From NCBI GenBank assembly GCA_001244265.2, contig CDLV01000019.1, forward strand, positions 620,001 to 684,000: DNA of 64,000 nt, in the 5' to 3' direction. This stretch comes from Microbotryum violaceum (taxonomy: Eukaryota). Shown here piece after piece: positions 29,801 through 43,839 of this stretch. The notes beneath the pieces were generated by a model. The model saw nothing but the letters and a program-made list of their open reading frames with translations, had not been told where the DNA came from and did no database searches. The translations under genes and the position numbers were made by a program. Each line of letters starts with the position of its first letter. The stretch's first letter is position 1.

Positions 29801-32800
29801 TGACGACGTACTTGCCGACGAGTTCGATCGCGGCGTCGCGCACGGCGGGCGAGCCGTCGAGCATGCGATGTTCGATGCCGGCACGGACCTCGGAGCGGTG
29901 GAAGAGCTCCGGGTCCTGCGCGACGAGCACGCCGATGCCGCGCAGGGCCTTGGTGCGCAGCGCGACGGCCGTCGACTCGGAGCTCTCGACGACGAGCGCG
30001 AGGATCGAGTCGTACAGGCCGGCAAGGGGTCGGCCCCGCGCAAGCTGGACGGCGAGATCGTCGACCACGGGCTGCTCGGCTTCGGGGGAGGGCCCAAAGA
30101 CGTCGTCGTCGCCGCTCGAAAAGATCCAGGCCGTCGTGGCGTGGTGGCGCAGTCGTGCGTGGAACAACTGCGCGAGCCGACCAACCTCGGTGTGTTCGAG
30201 TTCCTCGGGTGTGTAGTGCGCGAGCAACGACGTCGACTTGTGCAGCGCTGCGACGAGATCAGCTCCGAAAGTCGCGGCTGCAAAGTCGGCGACGCCGTCG
30301 TGCTGGTCGCGACGCACGAGGTGGCGTACGACGGCGCGTTGGGCCTTGACGTACGCGTCCAACGCGGCGACGTCCTCTTTGCCGACGATATCGCCGAGGT
30401 TCCCGAGTACAGTCGAGGTGGCTGATGACGTCGAGGAGGGGGGTTCGCTCGCAGCGTCCTGGCGCAACCTTGCTCCAATCGAGCAAAGGTGATCGAGCGC
30501 AATGTTCTTGAGCGCGTTCCCTTCGTGCGTGCTCTTGGTGTCGGCGAGGCTGTTGAGCATGGACTTGCAGCACACGTGGAGCACGATCTCGGCCGCGGGC
30601 CACTCGGGCAGATGGAGGGTGACGAGCAGGTCGGCGATGAGGTTGTCAAAGACGGCGCGGTACTCGGTCTCGATCGAGCCGCTCGACGCTTTGCCGGCCT
30701 TGGACGACTTGGTCAAGAGGTACGAGACGACGGTGTAGGCGCTCTTGGTCGCCGCATCGAGGGCCGGCTTGACGAGGTCGCGGTAGGCGACGTCGAGTGC
30801 ATCGTCGACACCTCCATTTGCTGCAGCATCGTCTTGGTGCGGGGCAGGCTCCCAGGAGAGTTCGTCGTTGTCCTCGTCGAGGGTGGGCGAGAAAACGGCC
30901 GAGGAGGAGAGGCCGAGTCCATTCTGGTCAGCTCCGGCGATGCGAGACGCGACCTGAGCACACAGACCGGTCTCGCATGTCTGCACGAGGTTGAGGATCA
31001 ATGCCGAGAGCGTGTGGATCGAAGAACCATTACGAAGCCTATCCCGGAATTTGTTAGGAATCAGGATCAGTTTAGCCGATTAACGAGCCAAGATGGGTGA
31101 AATTACTCACCGAATGGCACCGCGACCCTTCTTCGCGACGTCGAGCTTGGTCAAGTTACCGAGCACCTCTTCCATGATCCACGCTCGTTGGTCGGCGTAC
31201 CTTCCGTAAAGGCCACGGGTCAACCCTAGCGAGGCCATGCGCAAACCCTTCATCGCTAGCGCAGCGACGTTGGTGTCGACTCTTTTGCCCTTCCCGGTCG
31301 GAGCAGGAGCTGCCTCGTGGAAAAAGGGGCCCAGGGCAAAGTAGACGCTCGAGATGACAATCTCCTCCGACAACTCTTGCTGCTGCACGAGACGGGTGAC
31401 GAGCGGAGTCGTCGCGGCGAGCGATTCGCACAGTGCTTGGATCTCGGTGCGTCGCCCGGCGAGCAGATCGGTGAGGTGCGAATCCGTCTGGGCTTCGACG
31501 AGCGGGAAGATAAGCGTATCGAAAGCGTAGCGCAGACTCGTGAGGATCGAGAGGAGGTAGTCGACCGAGTAGAGCGATTTGGGGAGCAAGGTCATCGTCA
31601 GCACGAGCAGGGCGACGCGGATCGCGAGTACGGCGTCGGCGATGTGGCGAGCGCAGCGATCAAAGTCGTCAAGGGTGTCGTCGGTCCACACGCGCTCGTC
31701 CTTTGTCGCGACAGTGGGTTCGATGTCGGCGGCTTCGACTCCATCAACGTCCATCAGGGCGTTGGCGGCGCTTGGGGTGCGGGAACGAGAGCGGGACTTG
31801 GGGGAGTGTGGCCTTGTCGTCATCGTCGTTGCGTCTTCGTCGGGATCGTACTCGAGCTCTTCTTCGCTCTCGACGGCGCGTGGACTGCCCCTCGACCCGC
31901 GCCCCTTTTGTGGTGACTCGGACGAGCCGCGTCGCGCGAACTTGGCCCGCTTGCCGTTGGACGCAGAACGCGCCCTGGCACCGCCACCACCATTCGTTTC
32001 CTTGTTCGCGACGTGGGGCCACACCCTGAGCTCTTCGACCCCACTCCAGCTGCGTTCGACAATCTTGAGCAAACGTGCAACGCCGCCTTCTTCGACGTCC
32101 TCGAGCAACTCTTCGCCGGCGCGCTTGGCGTGCACGTTCGACAGCTGCTGGATCAAGGTGCGCAGCACGGCGCCGTCGAGTAGCGGCAACCCGTCGATCG
32201 TCGTCGCCGATTCGTTGAAAAACACCTTGTTCTCGCTGGTGAGGTTCGGAGCGGTGGATGCGGCGGCGTGGACGTGCGACGAGGACGTGTCATTGATGTA
32301 CGAGTCGTCGCTTGAAAACAGATCGGCGAGCAGATCCGAAAGACGATCGACGACGCCCTGCGCAGCGTTGGCTTTGATCGTGCCTTTGCCCGACTGGAGT
32401 ACGCGCGACGTCGAGGCCGAAGATGAATCGACCCCATCGACGTCGCTGCTTGTGCCCAACTTGAAACGCTTGACGGCGCTCTCCATCCCCGCGGCGGCGT
32501 GAGGGGTCTGAACCTCGTGATCGCTGTCGACGAGCATGTGCGCGCGCTGCGACTCGGTCGTACCGTAGGCCGCGAGGCGTCGTTTGGGGCTGCGGGAAGC
32601 ATCGACTTCGATCTCGAGCGTGAACGAAGGGTGTCGCGAGGGCGAAGCAGTGGGGCTGCTCGACTGATGCGGACGGGCGTAGCGGTGGCCGTTGAAGGAA
32701 TTTGACGCGCCGCCGGACATGAGCAGCGGGTCGGGCGAGCTCGTCGGTGGCAACATCCGCGGCGGCTTGCACCCGGACTTTTCGCGTGAGAAGAGGGTGT

Positions 32801-33751
32801 TGACCGGTCCCGCTCGGGGTGGGGTCTGCGCCATCATCAGCGAGCTCGTCGACGACTTGGACGGCGACGACAGCAGTGAAGGTGGGGGTGGGGCGCGCGC
32901 GAGGCGGCCTTGGGCCTCTGCGGCGAGGTACTCTTCAAAAAAGGTCGCACTTTGCGAGCGATCGATGTCCGTCGTCAAGGTACGGTCCGCATCGGGATTC
33001 TGTGCGACCCTGGTCATGGAAGGTAGAGGTGGGTAAGGGAAGCCGATCGTGTCGAGCAGTTGCGAGGTCAGAGTCTTCGCCGGCGGTGCGACGAGTCCCG
33101 TCGGGGAGGGGTTGACAGAGTAGGGCGGGATGGAGGTGGTTCTGTGGTAGTGGGCAGTAGCATTAACATTGCAGCTTCGCATAGTCTTTCGTCGGCGTGT
33201 GCGATTGCTGTGGGACTGACCCTTGAGGATAGCCCTGATGCGCGAACGCTTGTACCGGTTGCTGCAACGCCTCAGCGGCTCGAGCCATCTCCATCTGGCG
33301 CCATTGCTCGATGTACGGGTCGTTGCGAAGTGTCGGGTCGAGTAAGGTCCCGATCTCTTGCGCGAATTGCTCAAACAGGGGCTCTTGGGGGCCGGCGTGG
33401 AGGGAGAGCGAGGCTGGGTGCGCGAACAGCGTCAGCGTGCACGGTCGGGGTGGGGGCAGATGGTTGATGACTGTGAAAGCGGTGGTCGAGGTGGAGGGAA
33501 TAGACGACGGTGCGTAAAGTGGGTCAGCTCGAGGTTGGTCGACCGTTCGTGAAATCCTGTGCCGGTTTTTGACATTGGCCTTCCGCCGCGACGACAGCCA
33601 GTCGGGTGCAACGCGCGACGGGTGACGGTACAGGCCAGGAAAGTGACTCACCATCCGCGACCGAGGTCAGACCAGCTGCCAAGGGGTAACCTCGAATGAG
33701 GTCTCTTGCCGAGCGTTCAATGTTGGCTTGGGCATCGTCGGAGCCATTCAT
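26803..33751 (-). CDS. SCC2: Cohesin loader subunit Scc2/Nipped-B (multi-exon)
   Basis: HEAT-region motifs LRTKALRGIG, DGSPAVRDAAIELVGKY, DTGLSVRKRVVRLL, LHLPEWPAAE; C-terminal LLLRDHLKTLY; GT-AG introns join the long ORFs. Confidence 0.92.
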
Positions 33752-34760
33752 CGTCGTTCGCGCGGCTTCCCACAGCACGGCCGCGAGCTGGACGACGACA
33801 ACACGAGCAGCAGCTAGTCCAGACGAAGTTGAACGCGACGACCACTAACCAGCACCTCGTCTGTCCGCCGCTGGAGGGGAGAGTGAGACTAGACAGCCGC
33901 CGAGGTGCGTAGACGCGAATGCGAGTGGGTAGAGAGTGGGGGATGCGACCGGCGCTGCGGATGCGCTGCCGACTATAAGCGCGCACTCTCGCGCACTGCA
34001 CTGGCAGCTGGGTAGAGCTGGGTGGGGGGTTATATAATCCGACCGCGCAGAGTACGGGACACCAGGTCTGTCAGTCAGAGCCAGGAGTCAAGTCAATAGC
34101 ACCGGCTCAGTCAAAATATCTTTGCTGCATGAGTAGTCGTGGCACTTCGTTTTTCTGCAGATTGTCGCGCAAGCGGGTCATCCCGACCCAGTCCCGACAT
34201 CTTCAGGTGCGGTAGTACTAGCTTCTTTGAGATGAGCCAGAATTACTACCAGGTGATGCGCCAGACGATACGAAGATGAAAAGTCCATTCAAAAAAGTGG
34301 TGCTCCACCAAATCGAGTGCGCAAACATCGATGAGCCCCGAGCCACCGACCGCTTCTTTTTACCTACCAATTGATCGAGAATCTTGTCCCAATTGGGCCT
34401 CGGATTGGACGGCAAATTGCGAGTCGTGAGCTTCTTTTCACGAGCTTCAGGAGTAGTGCAGCGCAAAGAGTGGGAAAAGTGCATCACCACTTTCTTCCTC
34501 TTTACTCCTTCATTCGTCTTCCCTCTCTCGCGTTCGTTTCCCCGAAATCATGCCATGGGATTTCATCGTCGTCCCTCAATCGGGCGCAGGCAGGGAGGGG
34601 TCCGAGCGTCCGGGTGCATGATGAAGCGAGGCCCCCGAGGCACGAGGTCGTCGGGGCGATTATCAGCCGCCGCTACCGACACGTGCGCTCGGCTTCAAGC
34701 ATAGTAGACCGGTTATCACCACCGTCTCTGCCTCCGCCTTAGACAGCAAGCACTGCCATC

Positions 34761-37049
34761 ATGGAACACGAGATCATGCGCCATCGTCCCGATGCGATCG
34801 ACCTGTCGCACCACCTGTCGTTGCTCGCGAGGTCGAGAATGAGCTCGCCGCTCAAGGTAAGTTCATCGTCTCGGCCATTGTCGATCGGTGATTGCTAAGC
34901 GAGGGCAGCCTTCACTTGAAGTAGTATGGCCAGGCATGGGGCACAAGTGCTGACCAAAGTGCCCTTCTACGACATAGGGAATGTACAAGTACTTTGGAAG
35001 GTTCGTGTCGATCCCTCTGTATCCCAAACCCCTGCGAACGAATGCACGGTCCGGGTTCGATCCGCCACTACGTCACATTGGCCGCCGGACCGTCCGAATC
35101 TTCTTATCGAAGCCCTTCGGCGACCGCATGCTCGCGTGCCCGCGATGACCTCTAGCTCCCGGCAGCCAGTTAAATGTATATCAAACATCCAACTGACCTG
35201 GATCACCTGACTTGATAGACCTGGCATGCTTATGCTAGCCGGAGGATTGCCCCCACCGGACTACTTCCCCTTTGACTCGATCTCGGCCCACGCGCTCGTG
35301 CCCAACTCGTACAAGACGACCGAGGCGACCCTGTCCTCATGGCTATGGTCCTTCTTCAAACCGACGACGACGACGATCACGATCCCCAAGTACATTCCCA
35401 ACGCCACGCCGGACCAAATTCAACTTTCTTCGGCGTTGCAGTACGGTACCGCCGTCGGTATCCCTTCGTTGGCCAAGTTTATTAAGGATTTCACCGAACT
35501 CGTTTTCCGACCCGGGTACGCCAACTACGAGACCTTGGTCAACGCCGGCTCGACGGACGCGTGGAGCAAGATTTGTACGACCCTCTTGGAACGTGGCGAT
35601 GGCTTCTTGTGCGAACAAAACACTTACCCGAGTGCGCTGTCGACCGCTTGGCCGAGTGGATTTCGACCCATCCCTTTGCCCATGGATGGAGCTGGCTTCA
35701 CCCCCGAAGGACTCCAGGATCTGCTCGAAGATTGGGACGTCTTTGCTCGCGGCGGTATGCGTCGGTGAGTTGATTGAAACTGGCATAAGCCGAGTCCCCG
35801 TACTGACTTCGTTCACTTACCTCCCTCCATAGCCCTCGTGTGCTGTACACGGTTCCCGTGTGCCAGAACCCCACGGGCGCGACGATGACCGCCGCACGCA
35901 AGCAACAGATCTACGACATTTGCGTCAAGTACGACGTCATCATCGTCGAGGACGACCCTTACTACTTCCTTCAAGCCGGCGAATACGAACCCGTCCACCT
36001 GCGCGGCAGGAAGGCGTCCAAGTCTTTGACCGAGACGGACGAGGAATTCCTCCAATCGCTCGTCCCTTCGTTTTTGAGGTACGACTACCAAGGGCGCGTC
36101 ATTCGCATCGACACGTTCTCCAAGACGATTTGTCCCGGTGCGAGGATGGGTTGGACGACAGGTCATCCCTTATTGATGGAACGTATGCAGAGGGCGAATG
36201 AGAGTTCTTCGCAAGCGGCGAGCGGGTTTTCACAGGCCTTGATTACTAAGTTGTTGGTCGAGGAGTGGGGGATGAAGGGATTTTTGAGGTGGCTCAAGGG
36301 TGAGTGAAGCTTGCGCGTCACAGCATACGGAGTACTCGCTATTGACGCTTCTTGCGTAACTACGCAGGCTTAAAGGCGCAGTACCGCATCCGACGCGACA
36401 CCCTCGTCGACTCTTTGCTTGTCCAGGGTCACGCCTCGTTGGACATTCGATCGGTGGTGGGCCGCAGTGATCAGTTCCTCTGGGTCGTGAAGGACCAAAG
36501 GGACGAAAAGGGGTTCATCGCTTCGAGTGAAGATGAGAAGGTCCTCCGTCGAGGTTCGAACGAGTCGACAATCTTGTCGTTTGTCGCTCCTCAGGGTGGA
36601 ATGTTTGGTGAGCTGCGAAAATGGCTTAGGTCATCGAGCCAAATGCTAAAAACTTCTGGGTGCTTCAACCAGTCTGGTTACGCATTCACCTTTCGAATCA
36701 CCCGCTACACCCGTCCCAATCGACCTCCTCGCTCATCTTTAACCTCTGGGAACAACTAGCCGAGAACAACGTCCTCGTCGCCCCCGGAACCATGTTCGAC
36801 ACCGATCTGTTCGGCCAACCTTTATCCCAAAGCACCGATCCCGAATTTGCTTCTTCGGGACTGGGAGAAGAGCAGGAACGAATGCCGGTAACAGATCTGT
36901 TGGGACAAGGGATCAAGCTCATGCAGAATGGATCGGGGGATGGTTATTTCCGGTTGGCGTTCTCTTCCGCTTCAAAGGAAGAGATGGAGAAGGCTTGTAA
37001 GATTATTGGTAAGGTCGTGACCGACTTCTTTGAGGCGCCAGAAGTGTGA
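34761..37049 (+). CDS. ARO8: PLP-dependent aromatic amino acid / 2-aminoadipate aminotransferase (Aro8/Aro9-like)
   Basis: DLSHHLS, LAGGLP, ALQYG, QNPTG, EDDPYYFLQ, DTFSK (PLP lysine), YFRLAFS. Confidence 0.88.
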
Positions 37050-37079
37050 AGCGGCGTGGCGTGCGATTGGGTTTTCGGC

Positions 37080-37117
<38 letters not shown>

Positions 37118-37362
37118 TTTATTACGTGTAGCTTTGGAAATATGGGATGGAATTTTTTATGATTGCTGTAATGGTGCACTCATCTTCCACTGATCTTTTT
37201 CACCTACAAGATCTTTGGATCGAAACGGGAAATTTGAGAGTCATCGCGTGCCTCTATCGCTCTCGTCCTCTCGTCCTCTCGTCCGGTCTTTTGTCCCCTC
37301 CCAACGTACGTGGCACCACCAATCCTCGCGGGAAGCGGTCATAGGCAAGGTGCCCAGTCAAT

Positions 37363-38397
37363 ATGCCGCTCCCTGCTCACATGATCGAGTCGGCACTTGC
37401 AACATCAGTGTCGAATAGGAGGGATCAGATCGAGGATTGGGAGACGGTCAGTTCAACTCAGCTTCCGTTGGTGATTGAACCTACACGGCGGGTCGAGGGG
37501 GATACTGATCTTGCTATTGCATGAGGACTGTTTACAGGGCTATTCGGACGAGGATAGTTCGACTGCCGAAGTCGGGACAGGGTTAGATAACGTAGCGCTC
37601 TGGTAGGTCATCCTTTTTATGTCTGTCAAAAGCTTCCTTGATCCCATCTCGAGGTAACTGACTCATTGTTTCTTTCCCCGATCCTGGTGGGTTATAGGAA
37701 CGCCCCTCCTCAACAACAGTACACCCTTCTTCCCTCTCAAGCTACCCAGTCCGCATCCCATACCTCGTCCTCTCGTCTTCCCCCCACTCAAGCGGTGTTT
37801 GGTCCCCCACCACCCAAGATGATGATTCTCAAAAGACCGACCACGAATGGCGTACAGCGCAAAGGGGATGGAGGTGCAGGTGTAAACGGGGAAGGTACGG
37901 CATCACAGTTCAAGACTTTGAAGCAGAGGGAATTGGAGTACCTACAGGCGAGGAGGAAATTGTTCGGCGGTGAGGAAGAACAACTTGAAGTCGAACCTTA
38001 CACTTTGACAACCAACTCGAATAATCGTTCTTCGAAAACCGACTCGGAATACCTAGATATAACCTCGAATCAGCTTGGAATAGGTTTGGGAAGTCTTTCC
38101 CTTGTTCCGGATTCGGTTTCTAGAGCTCACGCGAGGAGAGGTTTGGTTGGTGGGGTAACAACATCATCGTCGAATTCGGGTTCGGTCGCTGGCTCTAGGG
38201 AGGCTTCTCCGAGGCGGACGAACGGAGGGAAGGAGACTCTACCGGGGAACAAGCCTCTTGTTGGAGTCTTGCGACACCCCAGAGGACCCAATGCGGAGAG
38301 TGGAGGATTTGGCTTTGTAGCATCGACCGCTTCGACGAAGGGTTCCGGACGAGGCAGAGGCAGGGGAAGAGGTCGAGGGAGAGGGACAAACCCATGA
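37363..38397 (+). CDS. SUZ-domain RNA-binding protein (SZRD1-like)
   Basis: N-terminal EDWE, MILKRP, KTLKQRELEYLQARRKLFG, C-terminal RHPRGP..GFGF. Confidence 0.75.
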
Positions 38398-38468
38398 GGT
38401 TGGATAGATGTAAGGTTATGTGATATTCACAAGGCAGCCCTGGTGCATCTATTAGAGCAACCTCGCTT

Positions 38469-40178
38469 CTAGGCGTATAAGAAATCGACAAAAGACCTAG
38501 TGGGTAAAGCCCAATCCTTCGCACGGGCGGCACCGAACGTCGCGACAGGGTTTACGATCGGTCGGGCCTGACGATCGGGGCTCCGAGATGGACTCGAGTC
38601 TGATAGGTTATGCGTACGCGCTCGTTGTTCAAAGCGGGAAAAACGGGCATCGCTAAACGATGGCCGCGCGGCACCGTTCAGTGGCGAGGAGCGATTAGGC
38701 AAGACAGTGGGCCGAAGAAGGACAGAGTCGGCCAGGGCAAGATCGGCGACACTCGAGGAGATGGATTCCGATTCGGTCAAAGCGCCATCATCGGTCGTCG
38801 ACGCTTCGTCATCGGTGACGAATTCTTCTTCGTGCTCTGCGGTCCAGGCTTGGGCTCGGATCGTTTCGAACGTCTCATCGCCCGCGTACTCGAATTCAGA
38901 GCCCGTGTCCGCTTCATCATCACCGTGAAAGGAAGACGCGGCGTCGGATTCTTCAGAGGCCGAGGTCGCTGAAAACTCGGACAGATCCGTCGCGGGTGGG
39001 GTTTCAAAATCAAATCCACCAACGGTGGGTCGAAGCATGGTCGTGCGTAGGACATGCGTCACTCGCACATGAGGGTCGAGGGGTGAAATGGCGCGGGAAA
39101 ACGATCGGAGGCGGTAATAGCGAGCGACGGCGTGGAGGAGGTACCGTGCGTGGGGCGAGGGCAACGACCAGACGAGCTGCGAAGGCGAACGAAGAGTCTC
39201 GGTGATCGACGCTGGCGGTTCCGGAGGAATGGTTTTGGAACCAGTACGACGAGACAAAGACGTTGGTAGGTCTGAAAGAAGGTCGTCGTCCATAGCGCCG
39301 ACGGCGGTGCTGGGAGGCGACCAGTCCTCGACGGGTGTCGCATCGATCACTCGCCCGCCGACGAGCCGTGATGACATGTCGACCGAGGCTGGTGAAACGT
39401 GGTAGTATCCAGCCGGGGTCCGAGTTGTCGACATGGACAACCAATCGTGAAGTTGCGCTTCGATCGTGTTGACGAGCTCCTCGGTGCGGTTGATGCCTTG
39501 CAGCGAAGAATTCGGTCGATGGCCCGACATGGCTCGGATCTCTCGTCGGAGACCCCTAAGCGACAAATAAAAGGCGCCATGATTCGTCGAGGAAGGGTCT
39601 TGCGGTAACGGTCCATCGACTGCGGTGGACCCGGGGACGTAGGCGGAACGAGAAAAGCTCTCCGACGGCGGGACGAACGTTGTCGAGGCCGGTGGGACGG
39701 GACCCGGAAAGAGATCGATCCGCGAGGGTCGTGTGATGTGGGGGTTCCCCGCCAGTTGGGCTGTAACATGGTGGTCGACGATGGTCAGGACAACGAAGCA
39801 TCTGCACTATAAACTCGCAATACGATCAAACTCGTACGGACCATTCTCATAGCGTCTCCGGCGTCGCTTGCCACTAATCTCTTCAGCCCTCTTCCCACTC
39901 GATGTACTCGCCTTCGGTGCTTTTTCCTCACTCCTCGTCGACCCCGAATTGACCTTGGTTTTGCTGTGTCGCAAGATAGCGGGCAGGGTCAAGGGTACGC
40001 TGCCTGCGATGCGGTTCGTGGCGTCCTCGTCGCTGGGTTGGAGACCGATCGACTTGCGTAACTGCCGGTTTGATGAGAGCGGAATGGTCTTGGGCAGATC
40101 ATCCAAATTGCGTGCGGGATCACGGGCGCAGATCGAGATCGACATGACTTTGTTCTGGGCGGGTGGGGGAGACGACAT
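38469..40178 (-). CDS. R3H-associated / R3H-domain protein
   Basis: GKRRRRRYEN in exon 1; ARYLLHAVARYYRLRSFS R3H motif in the last exon. Confidence 0.75.
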
Positions 40179-41284
40179 GATGTGGGCACGTCCCAAAGAC
40201 GAGCTTTCGGGTTGGCGACTGACTATCGGTCGGGAGCGAAAACGGAGGCGGCAAGGCTCGGCCAGGCGTCGTTGATCGCGGCTCGGGTGCATGACTCGAT
40301 CCGAGTTCGACAGTCCGGAAGTCTCGAGCCGATCGTTTACTTGTCAGACACGCAGCGAAAAGAAAGGGCCCAAACGACTAGACTGCATTTCACACGAGAG
40401 AAAAGGGAAATCGAACCTGCACATGCGTGTATGACCTGCTACAATCCAATTGAATACCTCCTTCCCAAAAAAGAGACGGGAAGGCCGGCCCGGATGGCTA
40501 GACAGATGGTCAAAGGGCATCGTGGACTGGTATCGGTGTTGCAGGATCGATGAATGAATGTGCTCCCCTCTGGGGGAGGGAGAGGACTAAGACTAACTGA
40601 AAAAAAAGGGGTAACCGGCTAATAAATGCCCCATATTCGGTCAGGCTGTGCGTGCGAGGCCGCTCAGGCCTCATAGAGGCGCCCCCTTGGCCAACTACGA
40701 CTAAATGATCTTGTCGGCCCGCGCCTTCTCCAACGTCGGCGCCGTGAACGAGGCGGTGAGTTGCTAGAGCTAGTGCTAAAAGCTGAGATCTTTCACTTCC
40801 GTGCTCCAAGCTCATGATCAACTAAAGTGTGCAGTGACTGGCCAATTTAATCGTGTAGTTGTCCCAGCGCCGGACCGGTTACTCCGACGAAGCTGAGAGT
40901 TTTTCGACCCGAACCTCAGAGACAACTCGACTCCATCGATCAGCGCATCGGCGTCATCACACCGGGTCTGACTCGGGGTTCACCGGTACCAGTGAGAGTG
41001 AGGCTGGAACCCGCGCGAGACCGGTTGTGAGTCTCAATTACTACATACCGTCACCGAAAGGAGCTAATTGCACCTCGGCGTGCTATGTGCGCCACCGTGC
41101 TGAGTTTCCGAAGCGGCGCGTCGGCGAATTGCACGTGCGCGCCGTGCGGGCCTTGTCGGTGGTTTACTACGCTAGTACTGGCTCTGACGCTTGTTTCTGT
41201 TGACGCTCGTGTCTCTTGTCGCTAGCCCGCGTCTCGTGGATCTTCCTCCGTCATCGCACTGCCTTGAGACGCTTTTCGGAAATC

Positions 41285-42884
41285 ATGAAGTGAGTTCACA
41301 CTCCTATTCGTGTGCTAATTAGTGCTGTACACCTTGTGCTACTCGATACACCGAACTGATGCGGTGTACTTGCCGTCCTCCCCTTCGACTCCGCTCCTCC
41401 CGTTTCCCCCCGCCTCACGGTTGACTCACCCATCCTGCTCCGCTCGTCGTTGCGCTCCTTGGCCATGCATTCACTCAGTTTCATGACGGGCAACGCGTCC
41501 GATCCGGAAACGAATCCACTCAATCTTGATAACGTACGTCGTTGGCTGCGTGGGCCGTGTGGTGCTGGAGTCTTTTGCGAATCGAGCGAGCGGGGAACCT
41601 TCCCGAACTGGATGGATCAGGGGCAAGGCTGAAGTAGAGCCGGAGCAAGGGAGCTAATACGGAGTTTTCGTTGGGCGGGTCGGGTCCGGTTTTACAGATT
41701 CGCAAGACGTTGATTCGCTTGGAGGATACCATCATCTTTCGTAAGTACGCTGACCGCGACCGCCCCGTAATTTCGACACGTCATTCCTAATCACGAATTG
41801 CCCTCCTCTCAGTCTTGATCGAGCGTGCACAGTTCGCTCACAACCCGCGCATGTACGACCGCAACGGCTTCGCGGATGTGCTCAAGCAGGACAATGGCTT
41901 CCAGGGCAGTTGGCTGATGTGGCTCTTCAAGGAGACCGAGTCGAGTCATGGTACGTAACGGGCGTTCGCGCGCAGGAAGAACTCGGGAGGGGGGGTCGGA
42001 CCAAGTTGATCTTATCTCCGCTCTTGATTCACCCACCCCGACGTCTTTTCCCTCCTCGTACGGTCCACTCTGGCCATGCGTCGACCACGTAGCCAAGGTT
42101 CGACGCTATGATAGGTAAGCTTCGAGCGACGAGGATGCCGTCTGTATCGACCTTATCGCTGATCTCAACCTCACTTATGCCCTCAGCCCGGACGAATACC
42201 CCTTCACCGAGCGCAAACTGCTCCCCTCCCCCATTCTGCCTCCTCTCGACTACCCACGCCTCCTCTACCCCAAAAGCATCTACAACGCCAATTCGCGCAT
42301 CCTCAAGTTCTACATCGAGGAAGTCGTCCCCGTCATTACGATGCGCGTGACGAAAAGTCTGGGAAAGGAGAATGATGATGGGAATTATGGCTCGGCGGGA
42401 ACGAGGGACGTCGAGTGCTTGCAAGCGATGAGCAAAAGGATTCATTGCGGTACGTTCTTTTTGTTTCGCTATCTGAGCAAATACGGCTTGGTAGAAGGAT
42501 TGGTGATCTTATATACAACTCTCCTCTGCGATTGGATCTTTAGGTATGTTCGTTTCGGAATCCAAGTTCCTCGAATCCCCTTCGTCCTTCATTCCTCATA
42601 TCCTCAACCCCAACCCCGTCGAACTTGAAAAACTTATCACCAAACCGGCCGTCGAAGCCGCTCTATTGAAACGGCTTGAAAAGAAAGCGGCCTGGTACGG
42701 CGCCGAACTAGGACCGGATGGAAATCCCATCCCGGCGATGACCAAGGTCGATGTGCAGGATGTGGTCAGGCTCTATAGAGATTTCGTGATCCCGTTGACG
42801 AGGGATGTTGAGGTTGAGTATTTGTTAAAGAGGTTGGATGGATTGAGTGAAGATGAAATTGAGGAGTTGAGGAAGAGAGGTTAA
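41285..42884 (+). CDS. ARO7: Chorismate mutase (multi-exon, largely missed by the ORF track)
   Basis: Spliced peptides LIRLEDTIIF, LIERAQF, PDEYPF, CLQAMSKRIHCG, FVSESKF, VIPLTRDVEVEYLLKRLD. Confidence 0.92.
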
Positions 42885-42984
42885 GAGAGAACTGACCGGG
42901 AGGGGAGGGGAGGGTTTTCTTGGATGCGGAGGGGTGGTATAAAGGTCTGGCGTTTTTTTATGGTATTCACGCCGGTTTTTTCTT

Positions 42985-43016
<32 letters not shown>

Positions 43017-43390
43017 CTCTCTTTTTCTTGATTTATATGATCGATCTAGTCGTACGTGCAGCCTCATTCGTGATGCGTTACAACTCAAGAGAGGTTTTTT
43101 GGGGTACTTCCTTTAGGCGAGAACGTTCTCGCGCTTGACGTCGCTCGGCTTCTTTACGACACTCCCTCTTTACAGATCGAAGGAATATCCTAAGGTGCAT
43201 GAAGAGACCAAGTGTTCCGAGGAGAGATATGGGATACGAACAGAGAGATTCCTTGGGTTGAATTACACAGCGAGCGCATGGGCCGAAGGTGATACAACTA
43301 CGAAAAGAGTCAGATGACCCGTGTATGTGTGTGTGAGTTGGTCTCCAGCGGAAGGGCAGGAGAAAGGTCATGAGTTGAGATGCGATGCTT

Positions 43391-43839
43391 TTAGCAGCAC
43401 ACTTCGAGGCAGCAGCAACATGCCATCGCTCCCAGGCTATGGAAAAAGAAAGGTTCGGGGGGTCAGGGTTCGGAAGCCGGATCGAGAACGAGAAAATTTG
43501 CCTCGCGCTCACAGTGCGGCACAACATCCTCCTCCACCACTGTTCTGTTGCGGCTGTTGCACGTATACCATCTGCGGTTGCGGCTGACCGTCTGTGTGAT
43601 TGATCCAAGGCCGAAAATCAGCTACCACCCTCTACGAAATATTACGATTGCCACTCATATGCCGTACAAGACATCCCCGGCCCCGATCCATACTGCTGCT
43701 GCTGCTGCTGCTGCTGGCCCTGTGGCGGATAGTACCCCTGTTGCGGCTGTTGGGGAGGGTGGTAGCCTTGCTGCTGTTGTTGGTGGTGGTGTTGCTGGTT
43801 CTGAGGCGGGTAGTATTGCTGCTGGCCTTTGTCGGACAT
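43391..43839 (-). CDS. Small Gln/Pro/Tyr-rich protein with C-terminal cysteine-rich tail (CYSTM-like)
   Basis: MSDKGQQQYYPPQ..., spliced QPQMVYVQQPQQNSGGGGCCAAL and LGAMACCCCLEVCC-stop. Confidence 0.78.

Noticed and set aside
37082-37115. Long T run after ARO8 (also 42986-43016)
   Set aside because: No element 3' end or GAT junction adjacent; ordinary 3' UTR homopolymers.
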